From Bigelowiella natans CCMP2755 (lineage: Eukaryota > Protista > Cercozoa), in NCBI GenBank assembly GCA_000320545.1, contig ADNK01000697.1, positions 1 to 64,000 of the forward strand: DNA of 64,000 bases, written 5' to 3'. Positions 11,649 through 25,505 of the stretch are shown here, piece by piece (the stretch's first letter is position 1; each line of letters opens with the position of its first letter). The position numbers were made by a program, and so were the translations under genes. The notes beneath the pieces are model-generated. The model was not told the DNA's origin and made no database searches. It saw only the letters and a list, made by a program, of their open reading frames with translations.

Positions 11649-13300
11649 TCAAGCAAACAGTTACAACAGCAGAGCAGCAGTAGTAGAATATTCGGAGATA
11701 ATTTGTATTAAGAAATATGCATTCGAGCTTCATGATATAGGTATGGTTGTAATGGTTATAAAAAATAGTGAGAAGGAGAAGCTAGCAAGGAGATAAGTAG
11801 TAAGTACGCGGGGTCGATTGAGAAGATACGAAGTCAATTGTTCCTGTGAGAGCCTGGTTGTGGATTATTATTATCAACAAATAATAAATAATATATGTGT
11901 GTATGCTGCTTGGAGTTGATCAGGAGGATGATGACAGTAGTATGTTAATGGAGAGCATGTAGCAGAGGGGTGTCACAAAGCATCATAGCTATTACTGTGT
12001 GAGGGGGTCATAATGATCCTCATTCTTCTTCCTTGCCTTTATCGATTCAGTGATATTTTTCTTGTAGTTTCTCGTTGCTGTGCTCAAAATGGGGCTGGAT
12101 TTTAGCAGAGAGGACGATTGTTCCGCGGCATCATGATAATCCAGTTCTCTATCATCATCATCATCATCATCATTATCATCATCATCGCCTTCTCCTCGCT
12201 GTTTAGCTTTAGCTATGACTTCCGCTTTGGGTGATGATGATGCCGATGACCCTTTTCTCATCTTTGTAGTTTTCTCCATTAAAGTGGGTGATGATTTCAC
12301 AGCAGAAGCAGCAACAGTAGCAGAAGCAGTAGGATGATAATCATGACGAGCGGGCTTTGATGTGTTTTCGCTTTTCTTGTTGTTGTCCTCCTCCTCATGC
12401 ATTGATTGCAGATAGGGATCCTGCTTCGGAGTGCTTGTAGAGTGTGAAGTCATGTCATCATCTTTTTCACTGTTTTGAGCATATTGCAGATAGTGATCCT
12501 GCTTCGGAGTGCTTGTAGAGTGTGAAGTCATGTCATCATCTTTTTCACTGTTTTGAGCATTAACATTTTGACCAGTGGCACGTGATGGTGGGCTCTTCGA
12601 ATAGTGGATTCTATCACATCGTGCAGAGTCTCTGGAGGATATTTCTCTGAGAAAGGCTGGCGACACGTCTCTTCGTCTTGGACTGGATGATGATGATGAT
12701 TCGGGAGAATAATCAAGTTTGATCTGCTTCTTCTCGATAGCTACGACGGCAACAGTAAGGAGCACCAAAAACATTGGCAACAACTTAAGAGCAACAGCAA
12801 ATGGCTGCTGCGTAGTCTTGGACCACGCAGCTCTTCCTTCAGCTGCCATTTGTATTCGAATCAAAGCTAGCAAAAAGTAGTAGCTTTAGCCTTTTTGGAG
12901 CACACCACCATAGGCGAGTGAGTAGTTTTAATTTGTACAGTGATGGTTGATTGATGTGTTGTCCTCGTTCCTCCTCCCCCTCCTCCTTCTTCCGAATAAT
13001 GAATGAGTGTATTATTATTGTCTCTTGAGTATTTGCAGGGATGTGAGGCCAACAATTCACAAAAAACCGCAAAACAACAATCTTTACAACAATAGTATAA
13101 TATAAAGCATTTCTATAGGTATTATCGGCTTAAATATTTGTCTTGAATTATCCAGCACACTACTACTACTACTACTACTACTTCTTATATTTCAAGAACC
13201 TCCTCAAAACCCAACATAACTAAATAACACAACACAACGACTTCCCGTACTCACCATCGTCATCTGCCAGATGAATCTTACTCCACGAACCGAAGCACAT
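8950..13300 (-). CDS. Multi-exon hypothetical protein with N-terminal hydrophobic segment and long low-complexity region
   Basis: Large exon 11992-12873 with LLPMFLVLLTVAVVAI then an S/D/K-rich linker. Probable first exon MCFGSWSKIHLADDD (13300-) splices in frame. Downstream GT/AG-bounded pieces include LSQEQLTSYLLNRPR, KRYLDMFGSIANFK, LWLRLDDLRESAHR and ACINAGFGQSGWNIDLESLFSLLNEIMFQ. Family not recognised; 3' end approximate. Confidence 0.5.
11025..11074. repeat. Perfect 25-bp tandem duplication, probably intronic
   Basis: aaatagtggtaaaagctgccaactt x2. Confidence 0.9.
12405..12560. repeat. 78-bp coding tandem duplication (26-aa unit)
   Basis: Units start at 12405 and 12483 with one internal mismatch; encodes AQNSEKDDDMTSHSTSTPKQD(H/P)YLQ twice on the - strand. 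Confidence 0.9.
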
Positions 13301-13429
13301 TATCCTTCCATGCTATTGCCTGCTCGCGGTTAAGGAGAATAAAGTATGCTTAAGCTTGGTTACCACTTGTTGTTTTCCCGATGATGCAATCATAGTTACA
13401 TTATTTCTCAGACTTGATTCATCAGTCAT

Positions 13430-13969
13430 ATGATGAGTCTGCTTGTCAAGAGTATCAAGACCTGCTGCTGTTGCTGCAAGTTTGCAGCTAGAAGCAGAGG
13501 TGAAGAAATAGGCACTAAAGAAGAAGATAAAGTAGAAGCTCCCATGGAACTTCAACGACACTTTTCTAGTCTTGGAGAAGTTAATGAAAATGAAATTGAC
13601 CTTGCACAAGGAACAGGAACATCTTCAATCCGTGAAGATGCAGTAACGAAAAGAGCAACAGTAAACCCAGCTTTAAATGAAGTTAAGATTTCAACTAGGG
13701 GCGGAGAATCATCAAGTGTGATATCTAGCAGCCAGCATTGTCTGAAATTATCCTCATCTTCCCTACACATTGACGATGATGACATAGTGCGACAAACATA
13801 TTCAAAAGTTGTGCCAGTATCTCAACCTCCATCACTAATGAGATCGCCTCAGTTCTGCGATTGCGAACCTTGTCAACAGGCACGGCGTATAGTGTGGCGT
13901 AATAGATTCACTTTCAAAGCATCCGCAAAAGATACACATGCTACATTTGATGGTGATGAGCAATGGTAA
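13430..13969 (+). CDS. Hypothetical protein with N-terminal CCCCC cluster; may splice onward at the GT near 13967
   Basis: 179-codon ORF with protein-like composition and no microsatellite, divergent from the preceding gene across ~130 bp. Confidence 0.55.
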   Translation: MMSLLVKSIKTCCCCCKFAARSRGEEIGTKEEDKVEAPMELQRHFSSLGEVNENEIDLAQGTGTSSIREDAVTKRATVNPALNEVKISTRGGESSSVISSSQHCLKLSSSSLHIDDDDIVRQTYSKVVPVSQPPSLMRSPQFCDCEPCQQARRIVWRNRFTFKASAKDTHATFDGDEQW

Positions 13970-14801
13970 AAAAAACCAATCCATTAGTTAACAATAATAG
14001 TGAGGATAAGTCATATGTTACTCCGAAATTATCCACTTTTCTCATTCCACATGCGAAAAACTTGCCATAAAAGAAAAGCCATTCAATTGTGAGAGTAAAT
14101 GCTTTGATATGATGAAGTACATCCATACGGCACTATCCTGCCATCCTGTCGTTACAATGCTGTGATTCAGTGTAACAAAAACATAATCAGAGCTCAAATC
14201 AGGCGTGATAGCGCTTGCCCTTCAAATTTTTTCATCAAGACTTAACACTCTTGCACAGAGCGCGAATGTCAAGAGATTAACGCATGTCATTTCAGGCTTT
14301 AAGCGCACTAAAGTCAAATAATACACAAATAGAAGCATGATTCTGCAGCCTGAAATACGAAGAAAGTCATACAGGCAAAAACTAGTTCTTGTCCTCGTAC
14401 GCATACTTGGCATAAATACATTGGAAAGCTCATCATGTACTAGTATTAGATCTGTAGCTGTCATTTGATCACAATGACGTTTTTCATGCGACGAAATAAT
14501 TAGCCCTCTAACTGCATGCAAGGGGCATTTATTTTAGTTGCGCATAGTGCGCCATTCGATGCGCCTGTGATTGGCAAATTTGATTTTCTATTTCATAAAT
14601 CACATGCATCTTGAATGTTAATTCACTTGAGAAAGATGCCGTTGTACCGACCGGCATACGACACGAGGATCTGCGCACTACTAACACATTCTACGCTGTG
14701 CCCCATGCATGCGGAACATTCTCTGATCTTGTTTTGAATTTGCCATCATTGTTTAAAATTTACATGGTGCATGAGGTTTAAGTACAAAATTTTAACTACG
14801 G

Positions 14802-16480
14802 CTAAAATCCCTTCCCTTCTCGACCAATTGCTTCAGATTGATTGTTCCCTGCCTCGCCGATTGCAAAGACCTTATCATGTCCCTTCATTCCATCTGCATC
14901 TTCCCCAGACGAATAAGCACAAATCTCAACGTTAGAATTACATCGTCCAATCGCAAGTCCTACAAGGATGATTCCTAACCCGACTAACACCAGCGTAAGT
15001 TGCCAATCTGCTAGATAAGTATACTCACGGTAAAATATTAAGCCTGAGCACATCGAAGCGACATTTAAGGCCCCATACTCAATCGGAAGTGCTTTGGTGG
15101 TTTGATATCTTCCGAATACATTCTTCAGCCACCTGGATATCATCGTATCGTCTAGGTTTAGAATAGTTCTAAGACAAAAGAATAATTCCTTATATGATTC
15201 TTACCATACTGTTGCCAAAGAGGAGGAAATCCATATGATGCATGCAATATATACGATCCAACTATTGCATTCATTCCCAGTGCAGTTTGCCAGCATCGTC
15301 AGAGAGGCCTTCATACACAGTCATCCACAAGTTAACAAATCAGCTAAAGTTGTATTGGAGTAGGTTGGTAACCTTCATAGTCAATGATGCCACGCCTTCG
15401 TCCATTCCCATCGATGCTGGATATAAGAATCCCATCACGTCATCAAGCCAAATTGGCGGAACAGTCACAGGCGCTATTGTGGTTGCAGTTACAGCAATTT
15501 CCCCTCTTTTCACATTTTGAGGTTTTTCCCCTGGTGGAGCGATGGGAGATTGTGTCTTTGTACTACTGCAACCATTAATCCATTCTTTTTTATGATCATC
15601 CAAAGGTATGGTAACGTTAGATCGTAGTATCATGTTCTTCGCTCCAACATCTTTCTCTGAATGGGATTCTGCCGTCCCAGGATATTGTCGTTCGTACAGG
15701 AAAATGGAGATCACCGAGACGATAACTAAACTAAAGAGGATCGCAACGTATACGGATGCCCCAGGCTTTTCTAGGAGACCGATAATCTAAAGCAGCATAC
15801 AGAATGTCAACCACTATCATCCTTCACGAAACATCAAATTCATGAAAAACCAATCACCTCTTTCGGTGTGAAATTAACTGGAATATCGGAAGGAGTACCA
15901 ATGACTACAAAGCAAACCTGCAACGATCAAACGGCACAATACTTGTTTTCTGCCAACATTCGTTTTCAGCGTCTACTTTCTTACCCCTAGAAGAATAGTG
16001 CCGCTACATGCAATTTTTGGCGGAGTAAGAGGCTCCTTAAGAAGCCAGCGTGCGAAGATCATATTCCTATCAAAATGATAATTAGAAATAGCAGAACTGA
16101 AAGACAAAGATTGGTATAGTGCATTGAACGAACCATATCAAAAGAGTCGTGAAGATGGATCCCATCAGAATCAAGGGACCTTTACGAGTAGTAGCACACA
16201 AAAATTATTGTGTGCTCTGAATTTATTTGATTCATATTAGATTAAATTCATTCCCATACATACCAAAGATCAGTGAGATGACGTACAGCACACAGCCAAT
16301 GCCATAGGTAACGAGTCCCAAAAACCATACGAACATCCTTGGAAATCGGCAGGAAAGCAAAGGTACTTTCTCATCAGGATAGGACAGTGCGTATCGTTGA
16401 ATGACCATAGAGAGGGCAAGGAAAGATGCCCCTCCCATAGAGAATATAATACCGACAAACAACAGCCCGCTGCTTGCCAT
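14802..16480 (-). CDS. NIPA/DUF803-family (DMT superfamily) membrane transporter, putative Mg2+ transporter
   Basis: N-terminal GIIFSMGGASFLALSMVIQRYA; WFLGLVTYGIG; IFARWLLKEPLT; C-terminal RYQTTKALPIEYGALNVASMCSGLIFYREY...LVLVGLGIILVG; multiple TM helices across exons. Confidence 0.75.
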
Positions 16481-16949
16481 TTTTCTTAAAAGCGATAGTC
16501 AAATTACGAGCTATTCCGGCATTCAAACTTCATTTTCTTGTTAGTGACAATGTAGTCGATCAGCTCCAGGGTGAATAACGCCCCTGTGATGATGGATAGA
16601 CAATTATTTTCCTGGGCAATGAGTTGTTGCTTCCTTGGATGATGGGAATAGTAGTTAGATTAGGTGGTGCTGCTGCCTGTCTGTCTTAGCATCATCATCG
16701 TGATTCCAATGAGGGAGTAGAGTAGGCGGGGGAAGAGGGAGGGGGTTTTAACCATGAGTCTCACGATTTTCATTGTCGCACAACAATACACCCGATCCTC
16801 GCATGTGAGTCACTCGGACTCCAGCTAGCCAGGACTCAATTGCACACAGAAACTCAACACCCCCTGCAAGTTTTGCGTTCGGAACACCGACGGCTGCGCT
16901 TTGGATTTGCGCGAGTTTGTTGTTTCCGCGGGAAAATGAGAGGAAGGAA

Positions 16950-17870
16950 GTCAACAGACCTGAGAGGGAAATTCAATTTTTGGCCATGCTGGCTTGGCTA
17001 GTTGGCGACGTTGTTTTGGAAACGCAGTCCATCATCAATTTTCTTCCTCTTGCGCACTGCCACGCAGGACTCGTGCACTGGAGAACGAGTGGCGAGCTTC
17101 CACTTTGTGTGAGCATGCCAGCATGCCAGCATTGCAGCAGCGCAAACGGCATCGCACGGTCCAGCGGTGACCATTCACCACGATGCACGCAGCGTGGGTG
17201 CATGTTTGGCAAAGCCAGAAAGTGAACGGCGCCAGGCTGGTGCGTGGGGCGGTCTAGCGGTCCAATGAATGTGGACACAGTGTGTGCAATGCGTGTTGCA
17301 ATGGTCTCCATGCATGACCTGTTTGTGTCTAGACGTTGTGCTTGCCAGCTCACTGAGCACCAACGTGCCATCACATCATTGCCTCGTTGCAATTTGGCAT
17401 TTGTTCATTCAGCTGTCGATTGGTGAGACGGGTGATGAAATGAACCAATTGAACTTGTTCAATGGTCATCCTCGTGTGGTTGTGCAATGCCAGAATGCAG
17501 CGGCTGCAGCACCCTTGTTGAATTTGTTGGTTTCCGCCATCATGTGTGTTTCATGCAGTCAAATGCACGTTGCTGTTGCTTCGGTCTTGAATGGCGCGCA
17601 CTCCGCGCAGCAGTGCGTGTTTCCTTTTCTTCTCAAGTCAACCTTTTCGTTTCGTCGTCGCGCATCACTGTGGCAATGAGTCGATTAGTGTGGCAATGGC
17701 AATGTGATGGGCGCACATGAAACTGAATGCCGAACACAGTTCGTCACAAACTGTGACTCATCATGCAGCATGGTCTGCAAGCCTGTGAAGTGCATGCAAT
17801 TGAGTCATGAGCATGGAAATGGGGCTGCAATCGCTTTTAGACAGATCAAGCCTCAGAAGGTTTCATGGAT
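16950..17870. repeat. Palindrome/TG-CA-rich intergenic island downstream of PTOX
   Basis: TGCA/GCATGC/GCGC-rich; several overlapping ORFs on both strands with no recognisable product. Confidence 0.4.
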
Positions 17871-17880
17871 GAGAGGTGCA

Positions 17881-18393
17881 CTACAGAAACATGTCCAGTA
17901 GGAAAGGAAATTGACGGATTATGCTAGTAAGTGCACTGACGAACACCTCCGGAAGTCCGGGGAAGATATCTTGTATGACCTGTGGCACCCTTTCTACCCA
18001 CTCCTCTGGTACTACCGAAAGACAATGAGTGCATCAAAATCAGTAGCTAGCTGCACAATCATGCGAAATAGGGGGAAATGCTCATCTATAGTAATTGTAC
18101 ATCCAAGGAAGCATGAATTCTTCATGAGGAATGTGATTCAATCCAATTTTCACATTTCAAACAGACACAAATGCAATTATCATTGATCACTCTACCTGCT
18201 TCTCTCAACTCGTTCAGTCTCACAGCCAAAGGAGCCAGCCAGGGGAAAATAGCCAAAATCTCTATAGGAGACAAATGTAAATGACGACACGGAGATAGAA
18301 AGATAAAATAAAATTTCAGAATCGCCTCAAAAAAATCATATGAATCTTCATTAGAGTGATTCATGAAATCACTCAATTTATTTAGTTTTTCCT

Positions 18394-18434
<41 letters not shown>

Positions 18435-18590
18435 GAACCTAAACATTCTTCTACTTCCCCTAAAACTTTAACTAAAATAGTAGTTTCTAGGGGCGAAAGG
18501 GGGGGGGTTCTTTTACGTTCAGGAGGCTCAGGAATATCTCCAACTTCAAATAGCTTGCTTGTTAACAGGTATGTCACTCCAGCAGCCTGT

Positions 18591-18634
<44 letters not shown>

Positions 18635-18733
18635 GCTTTGATAATGGGTGGTACAGAACGAACATTCAATGTAATGTTGGCGACAAGTACAGCATGCTGG
18701 TAGTATGTTGTGCACTCCTCATTTTATCTCTAA

Positions 18734-18781
<48 letters not shown>

Positions 18782-19317
18782 GTACCAGGATTCCGCGTTC
18801 AATATTGATGGATGATACTATTGTTCCTTTCTTCTGACAAGCAGCCATCGTTGCTACATGCTCAGCCTGACATCACGATGATCAACGACTATGTATGGAT
18901 GATTTCTACTATGATAATGATAATGGCGAGAGCCTACATAGGTGGCGCGCGCGCGTGTGTGTGTGTGTCTTTCATTATTTTGCTTCCATAATAAGATTTC
19001 AATCCCAATTTTCCGCGCCCTGTTTAATTATATTTTATCTAATCTTTTTGTTGTTTTTTGCTGGTGTTCTTCTACCTCATCATCGCGAATAGCGCATATG
19101 ACGTCGTACAAGTTAGTAATATTAGGACGACGTTCATCTCCGAGCCTTCGCTCGGTCTAACCAGTCACGAGGGATTGCAATTATATTGTTTAAATTCGAT
19201 TGAGAAACTTTAAAAACGGAAAAACAGCTAAGTCCAATTGAAATTAAACAGCAATTCTCAGACGATACTTCCAAGATATAATAGCAACCCTTATGGTGAA
19301 ATAGTAATCACGAATGC

Positions 19318-19359
<42 letters not shown>

Positions 19360-20438
19360 ATTTTTAGTAGCACAATCCTATTCATCAACTTTGACTCCTC
19401 AAACCTGGAACTCGTCGTAGAGGTACATATCACCTCCCATCCAGTATTGTATTGCTGCAAGGAGTAAGCAATGAAATAAAGCAAACACATCATTTATCAA
19501 CGCAAATATTTACGCTTTAATCGTCAGAAACCGACAAATATAGCGTGAAATGCATTCAACAATCATACAATTACTATGATGACAAGCATCATAGTAGGCA
19601 TTCATCATTGCTAAGGTACCGATGCCAGGGGCAGGGAGTTCCTTCATCAGCTCTTCATTAGCATCAGCAAACTCACCGTATGTATCTACAGCATGGGCCT
19701 GCATATTATTGTGTGCTGAATTTAGTATAATGACTATTACTTTAAAACAAAAAATGAGGATCAAGCTACACGACAATACCTCGATGAGTTCGGAGAAATT
19801 ATATGCTAAAGTGGGAGACAGCAGCCACATGAGCACCAAAACCTATCATGAAGTAAACAAATATTATTATCAACGCCAGTATATGTTAAAATATTATATA
19901 CTAGTAGTAGTAATGATAAAAATGGTAAAAATAATAAAATATCAAAGGTCAGATACTACATGAAAAACACATGAGGATGAGAGAAGAAGGGAAGTTTATG
20001 GACGAGGAGTGAAACACGCCACATCATAGCGTACGAAGTTCTTTGCATATATTTGCTGTCACGTGGAAAAACGACGTTGCTGCACTACTACTACTACTAC
20101 TACTACTTATCTACCCAGTAGTAAACAATGGCAGCATGCTGTGCTAGAAACCGCGTAGCCCATGATCTAAAAACAATCATTTTATCCAAAATTCCCAGCT
20201 ATATTTATTTCTTCTGTCTACACATACCACATACATGGAAAATAGCGAAAACTACAACGACTATTCGTAGCAGTAGAAACAACGGGTAAGAGGAGAAGGG
20301 TATATTAAATAGCAAAAATTCGTTGGTTGTATCATCAGGAGCACTTCCTCAATAAACAGCATGTAATGTGGAGAATAGAGAAAGAGAAATAGCTTAAGGT
20401 AAGAAATAGTCAGGCAGCAATGCTGCAGAGCTTCCATT

Positions 20439-20469
<31 letters not shown>

Positions 20470-20495
20470 ACATTACTAGCTTGTTCAGAGCTGAA

Positions 20496-20529
<34 letters not shown>

Positions 20530-21130
20530 ATCAATCATTATTGACAATCTGACTATTGATAATAACCTGTCGCCTCCTAGAGCCTCAAAGGTGAGTAGAT
20601 GGTGAAATTCGTTCCATTCCTCTGCAAAATGCACTCGTTTGACAGCAGCCTATAGATTAAAAATAGTACCAACGTCAGTGTCCACCATATATGGAAACGC
20701 ACACATAAAAAAATATTCCTCTCCTTATCGTCTCTCGGTATGGAAATCATCGAGTATTAGACGCGATATTTCGTAGTACCGCACGTCGCCACCATCCAAA
20801 AGACTCATAGAGGTGCAGCATCGTCACATAGCTCAGGTACGGCATTCTAGCTACAGTCTCAAGAAACCTTGTAGTAATAGTATTGATAACAGATAATACA
20901 CCCATAATTCATTCGTGACTCAAGAACTACAGGAGATAATAACAATGCTGCCTTAAAAGAAACATTTCCGTATAGATCAGTATCTTTCCATTGGTTCCGT
21001 CATCAGTTATTATTGTTTGATTGCAAGTAATGTATGTCGTTCCATACCAAAAGCGTTCCAAAGGGCGGCCATCGAAGAGGGAGTCGAGCATCAAACACAG
21101 CACAATATACGGTGCCTAACACGATATAAC

Positions 21131-21166
<36 letters not shown>

Positions 21167-22823
21167 CTATTTTTAGTTTTCTTACTCATCTTGGGCATCG
21201 ATATACCATCACCATCATCATCATCATTTAAAAGTCATCATCTAGATGATCCTCTCGTCGTCGTTGATTGCTTCTTGCCCCTTTGTTTGTGTACGATGGG
21301 ATCGATCATATGCTGATATGCCATTGCCCTGATTCTATCACTACCTTAATAACAAACGGCGCTTCGATTTGCGTGCGGTTGTTTTCTCGTTCCCATACCT
21401 GTTTAGTAGTTACGAGAGTAGTAGTAGTGGTAGTAGTGGTAGTAGAGCTTTAGAATAAACGGAGGACAAAGGAATAATAGCAGCTGCAGGAGGTACTATG
21501 CACTATCACTACTATTACTACCATCCATCAACACACTACTACTACTACTACTACTACTACTACCTTATCATTATCTAGCTGGAGTTGTTTCAGCTTTTGC
21601 CTGTAGTTTACACACTCTTCCATGTCCAAGTCAGGGTTGATTAAGCAGGAAGGATTCTAACATTAGAAACGACAATGTGGGGAAAAACAACAATTCAGAA
21701 TGAATTCCAGACGGATTGGTGATAATATTCTTCATCTTGTTCTTCTTCATTTTCTTCTTCTTATCCTTCTCCTTCTTCTTTTTCTTCTAAGAGATCGTCT
21801 CTCTTCATGTTATCCCTTATACAGTGTATTTGTTGTGCGCAGAGTGTGTGATGGGCATTCCTTTACAATATCTTCTTCGTCCCCGGAAATCTAATATATT
21901 GCGTTCAGGATTAGCATGATGGTTAGATACAGCAATGCACATTATTATCTAATATGTCCCCCTTCTTATCTCCTATTGATCTCTTCCTCTACGCATACAC
22001 AATCTCTCTCTCTCTCCCTCCCTCTCTCTCTCTCTCACCTTGATCTTGATGAAATTGATCATTTGCTTTAACTCCCTGATGAAGTTGTCCCTTGCCATTT
22101 CGATTGCGTTAGCTGGAGGGCCTGCATTACTCTTAGAAGAAAAAGTTTGGGTACAACCCAGTCATCCAGTGGCCATTGATCATAAATATTACAACACTGT
22201 ATAATTACACACCGGATCGTAGTAGCGCCCTGCAGTCTGAGCAAGGTATCCATAGTCGCAGGGAAGGACTTTCGGAGCTAGCTCCTTTATCTTCAGCTCT
22301 CTAATTTAACAAAACCACGAATCACATCATTTCTGTGCTAAATGCTGCTTGGTGGAGGGGCAAGCTACGAGGAAGGATGCCCGCTTTTCTGAGATCACCT
22401 TTCGATTTCTTCAAGCTCAGCCACAAGAACTTTCTTCCGAATCTCAAGATCATCCACCATCTTATCACTGTTCTGTCGATATCCTCCAACTCCTCCTCCT
22501 CGTCCTTTTTCTTGCAGCACCGTTTTAGTGCTATCGATTTCAGCATCATCAGAGGTTGCACGGGGAGACAAAAGATGATCCACTCTTGCATTATTTCTCA
22601 TGTGCCGATGTACCGATTGCACAAAGGGGGAAGGGAAAACTCGTAGGTTGGTGCCTCCATGGAATGGTGTAACAGGTGGCCTACTTGAGACCGATGCTGA
22701 TCGCCGTGCTCCTAGATGATGGTGCTGATGATGCTTGCTGCTGCTGCTGCACAAGGTCCAGGTGAGGACGACGACTGCAAAAGCAATCAAGACTACCAAT
22801 CGCAGATAAAGGAACCAACGCAT
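17881..22823 (-). CDS. PTOX: Plastid terminal oxidase (alternative oxidase di-iron family) with bipartite plastid leader
   Basis: Exons give LQLDNDK|[18 protein letters not shown]|[23 protein letters not shown]|[28 protein letters not shown]|[28 protein letters not shown]|[17 protein letters not shown]|[21 protein letters not shown]|[10 protein letters not shown]...|IRDDE|AEHV, including the di-iron ExxH ligands. Leader [25 protein letters not shown]...[12 protein letters not shown]; alternative ATG at 22853. Confidence 0.93.
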
Positions 22824-23351
22824 GCGGGAGTGGTGTCTTGTGTGGTCCTCCATCCGATGCCCCTCCTTCTCCTCCTCCTCTGGTTTGCTGTTAGGAATTT
22901 ATTAGCACTGATCGATGAGCACCGAGAGCTGTTCGCCGATCCAAAAGAGAAAGACTAAAATACCGTTATTTACATTGTTGTTAATATTCTTGCAATTTTA
23001 CCCTGCGACAACGATAATCTTTTGTCGCAAGAACATACAAACTATTAGTTAGTATCTGCCATCTACAAAAGGAAGCGACGGGTCACAGAGTTTACTGTAA
23101 CAGTAACTCTTACAACAACAATTACAACAACAATTACAACAATAGTTACAACAACAATCACAACACATCCAAGAACATGATCCTGTCCAAATTATGTCCA
23201 AAAAATTACCACTGCTATTTTTCGGAAATTGAATATTGTAGATAAAAACGATTCTGTCCAAAATACATCGATATAATTACCAAAAGAATTGGGGGAAATA
23301 TTTAGAGCCATCTACTTCTTCTCCCTGATTCCACACTGCTCCACCCTCCCG

Positions 23352-24610
23352 ATGCCCACTCGAACCCGAGGCAGAAAGAAGAGAGGAGAGATAAGCGGTG
23401 GGGACCAGAAGGGGGCAAGCCAATCGGTTGGTCAAAAGAAGAAGAACATCAAGCGGGTCAAGCAGGCCAGTGCTACTACTACTACTCAAAAACCCAAAAG
23501 GGCAAAAACTTTCAATAGTAGCAGCAGCAGCAGCAAGGGTAGGGGACACATATCTGATGTTTGATGATTCTTTACAATGTTTGAAGGCCTTATACAAGTT
23601 GGTTGCGGACATACGTAAGAGTTAGCAAATTTATCTTCAGGAGGGGGAGCTACTGGTCATTCAATTGAGGAGAAGGAACGACCGGTTTGTAAAAGAACAA
23701 ATGAAAGTATCACCGAGGAGGAGGAGGAGGGCGAGGGAGAGAGGAGAGAGCCACACCATCACTCAGGGGCTGTACTGTCTACTTAGGATGTCACAGAAGA
23801 CTCGAAGACAAGTCTTGACACCGTTTTGAGGTTGTATCACCTCCCCACCACCAGCAGCAGCAGCAGCTCCAGCACTCTATATTCTATACTCACCACAGAC
23901 CCTCCTTGGGCTAGTGATCTTAGCGACAACGAGTATAACGATGATGATGATGATGGTGATGATGATGATGATGATGATAGAACCATTCCTGCTCCTTGTT
24001 CTCATATTATATTTTTAAGAATAATGATACAAAGAAAAGCAAGCATCATCCTTTTTTTTAAATATATGTGTTAGGAGCGTCGTTAAGATCTATTGCACCT
24101 ATACCGAGCCACATTTCTGTACATTTCTTACGAAACATATAGTTTATGATTAGAATGGTAGCATTGCTTACGAAACATATAGTTTATGATCAGAATGGTG
24201 GCGATGACGATGACGACGACGACGATGATGATGATGATGATGATGATAATGATGATGATGGCAGTGGTGGTGTGTTGCTTGCAAATAGTACAAATTGTTC
24301 TATATTGATTTGTTTTTCAATATTCACGTATCTTCGTTATAAATCTTATTGCGATCCCTTATTCCAAACGTACTGCATTTAGCATTGCCATGGCAAATGA
24401 AACGGCAAGATTCTGCAACGAGCTCAGGATTCGTCATCTCGGAAAAGGTGTTATTGCAGTTGTTATCATCATGGTGGTTGTAATGATATTTTTGATGATG
24501 ATGGGAAGGAGGAGGAGGGGAATGAGTGACAGTTCAAAGTAGAAAGCACTCATTATCACTCGCGTGATGCAGAGAATACTTGGCAATGCTCATGGAGTCG
24601 CTTTCCACAG

Positions 24611-24643
<33 letters not shown>

Positions 24644-24993
24644 AGAATATTGTTAAGGGAGGCTAATGATATCTACCTGCCAAGGTCTACTATTTGTCAC
24701 AAGCAACTTATCATAGATTGAAAGTTTGGACACATTATTGATCTCTATCCCGACGTATACCATTGTCGTATTTGTTACTTACACCTACCTGAATGATGGG
24801 TGCAAAACAAGCCTCTTCTTCTTTCTGCTGTGTTGTTTGCTAAACTAAGTGTTGTGCGGATTCGTAAGCATGGGACCGCCAAGAAGTACATTGCCAAAGT
24901 TTTGCACGTGGTTAGACGTATGCGAGGATGTTGTTGTTGCTGCTGCTGCTGCTGCAGTGGTCGCTGCATATAAACAAGTGTATGTTGAAGGAG

Positions 24994-25034
<41 letters not shown>

Positions 25035-25385
25035 CATAGTATGGAGATCAAGACCAACACCACCATAACTAATACTGTAATCATCATCATCATCATCATC
25101 ATCATCATAATATATCAGGGACACGAGTGTGATTTAGCTATGCTAACAGTCGAGGACGATGAGTTCTGGAACGGTTTGCATCCTCTACGGTTAGGAGGAG
25201 TGCCTCAACTACAAGATATGATCAACGTCGTAGGGTATCCGACGGGAGGGGACAATATTAGCGTTACACAGGTCGATCCTACTTACTGCTACTATGTGCT
25301 ATGTACTGCTTACTATCATCGTATTAGCAGCTGCAGCAGCAGTGTATACATGTATGAGAGAGAGATTACCACGATCATGATACTT

Positions 25386-25419
<34 letters not shown>

Positions 25420-25440
25420 TTCGTTAAGAGCTCTCAGCTT

Positions 25441-25505
<65 letters not shown>

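Noticed and set aside
16748-17901. Cluster of ORFs in the NIPA-PTOX gap
   Set aside because: They overlap on both strands, show no motifs, and fit the stop-poor composition of the island.
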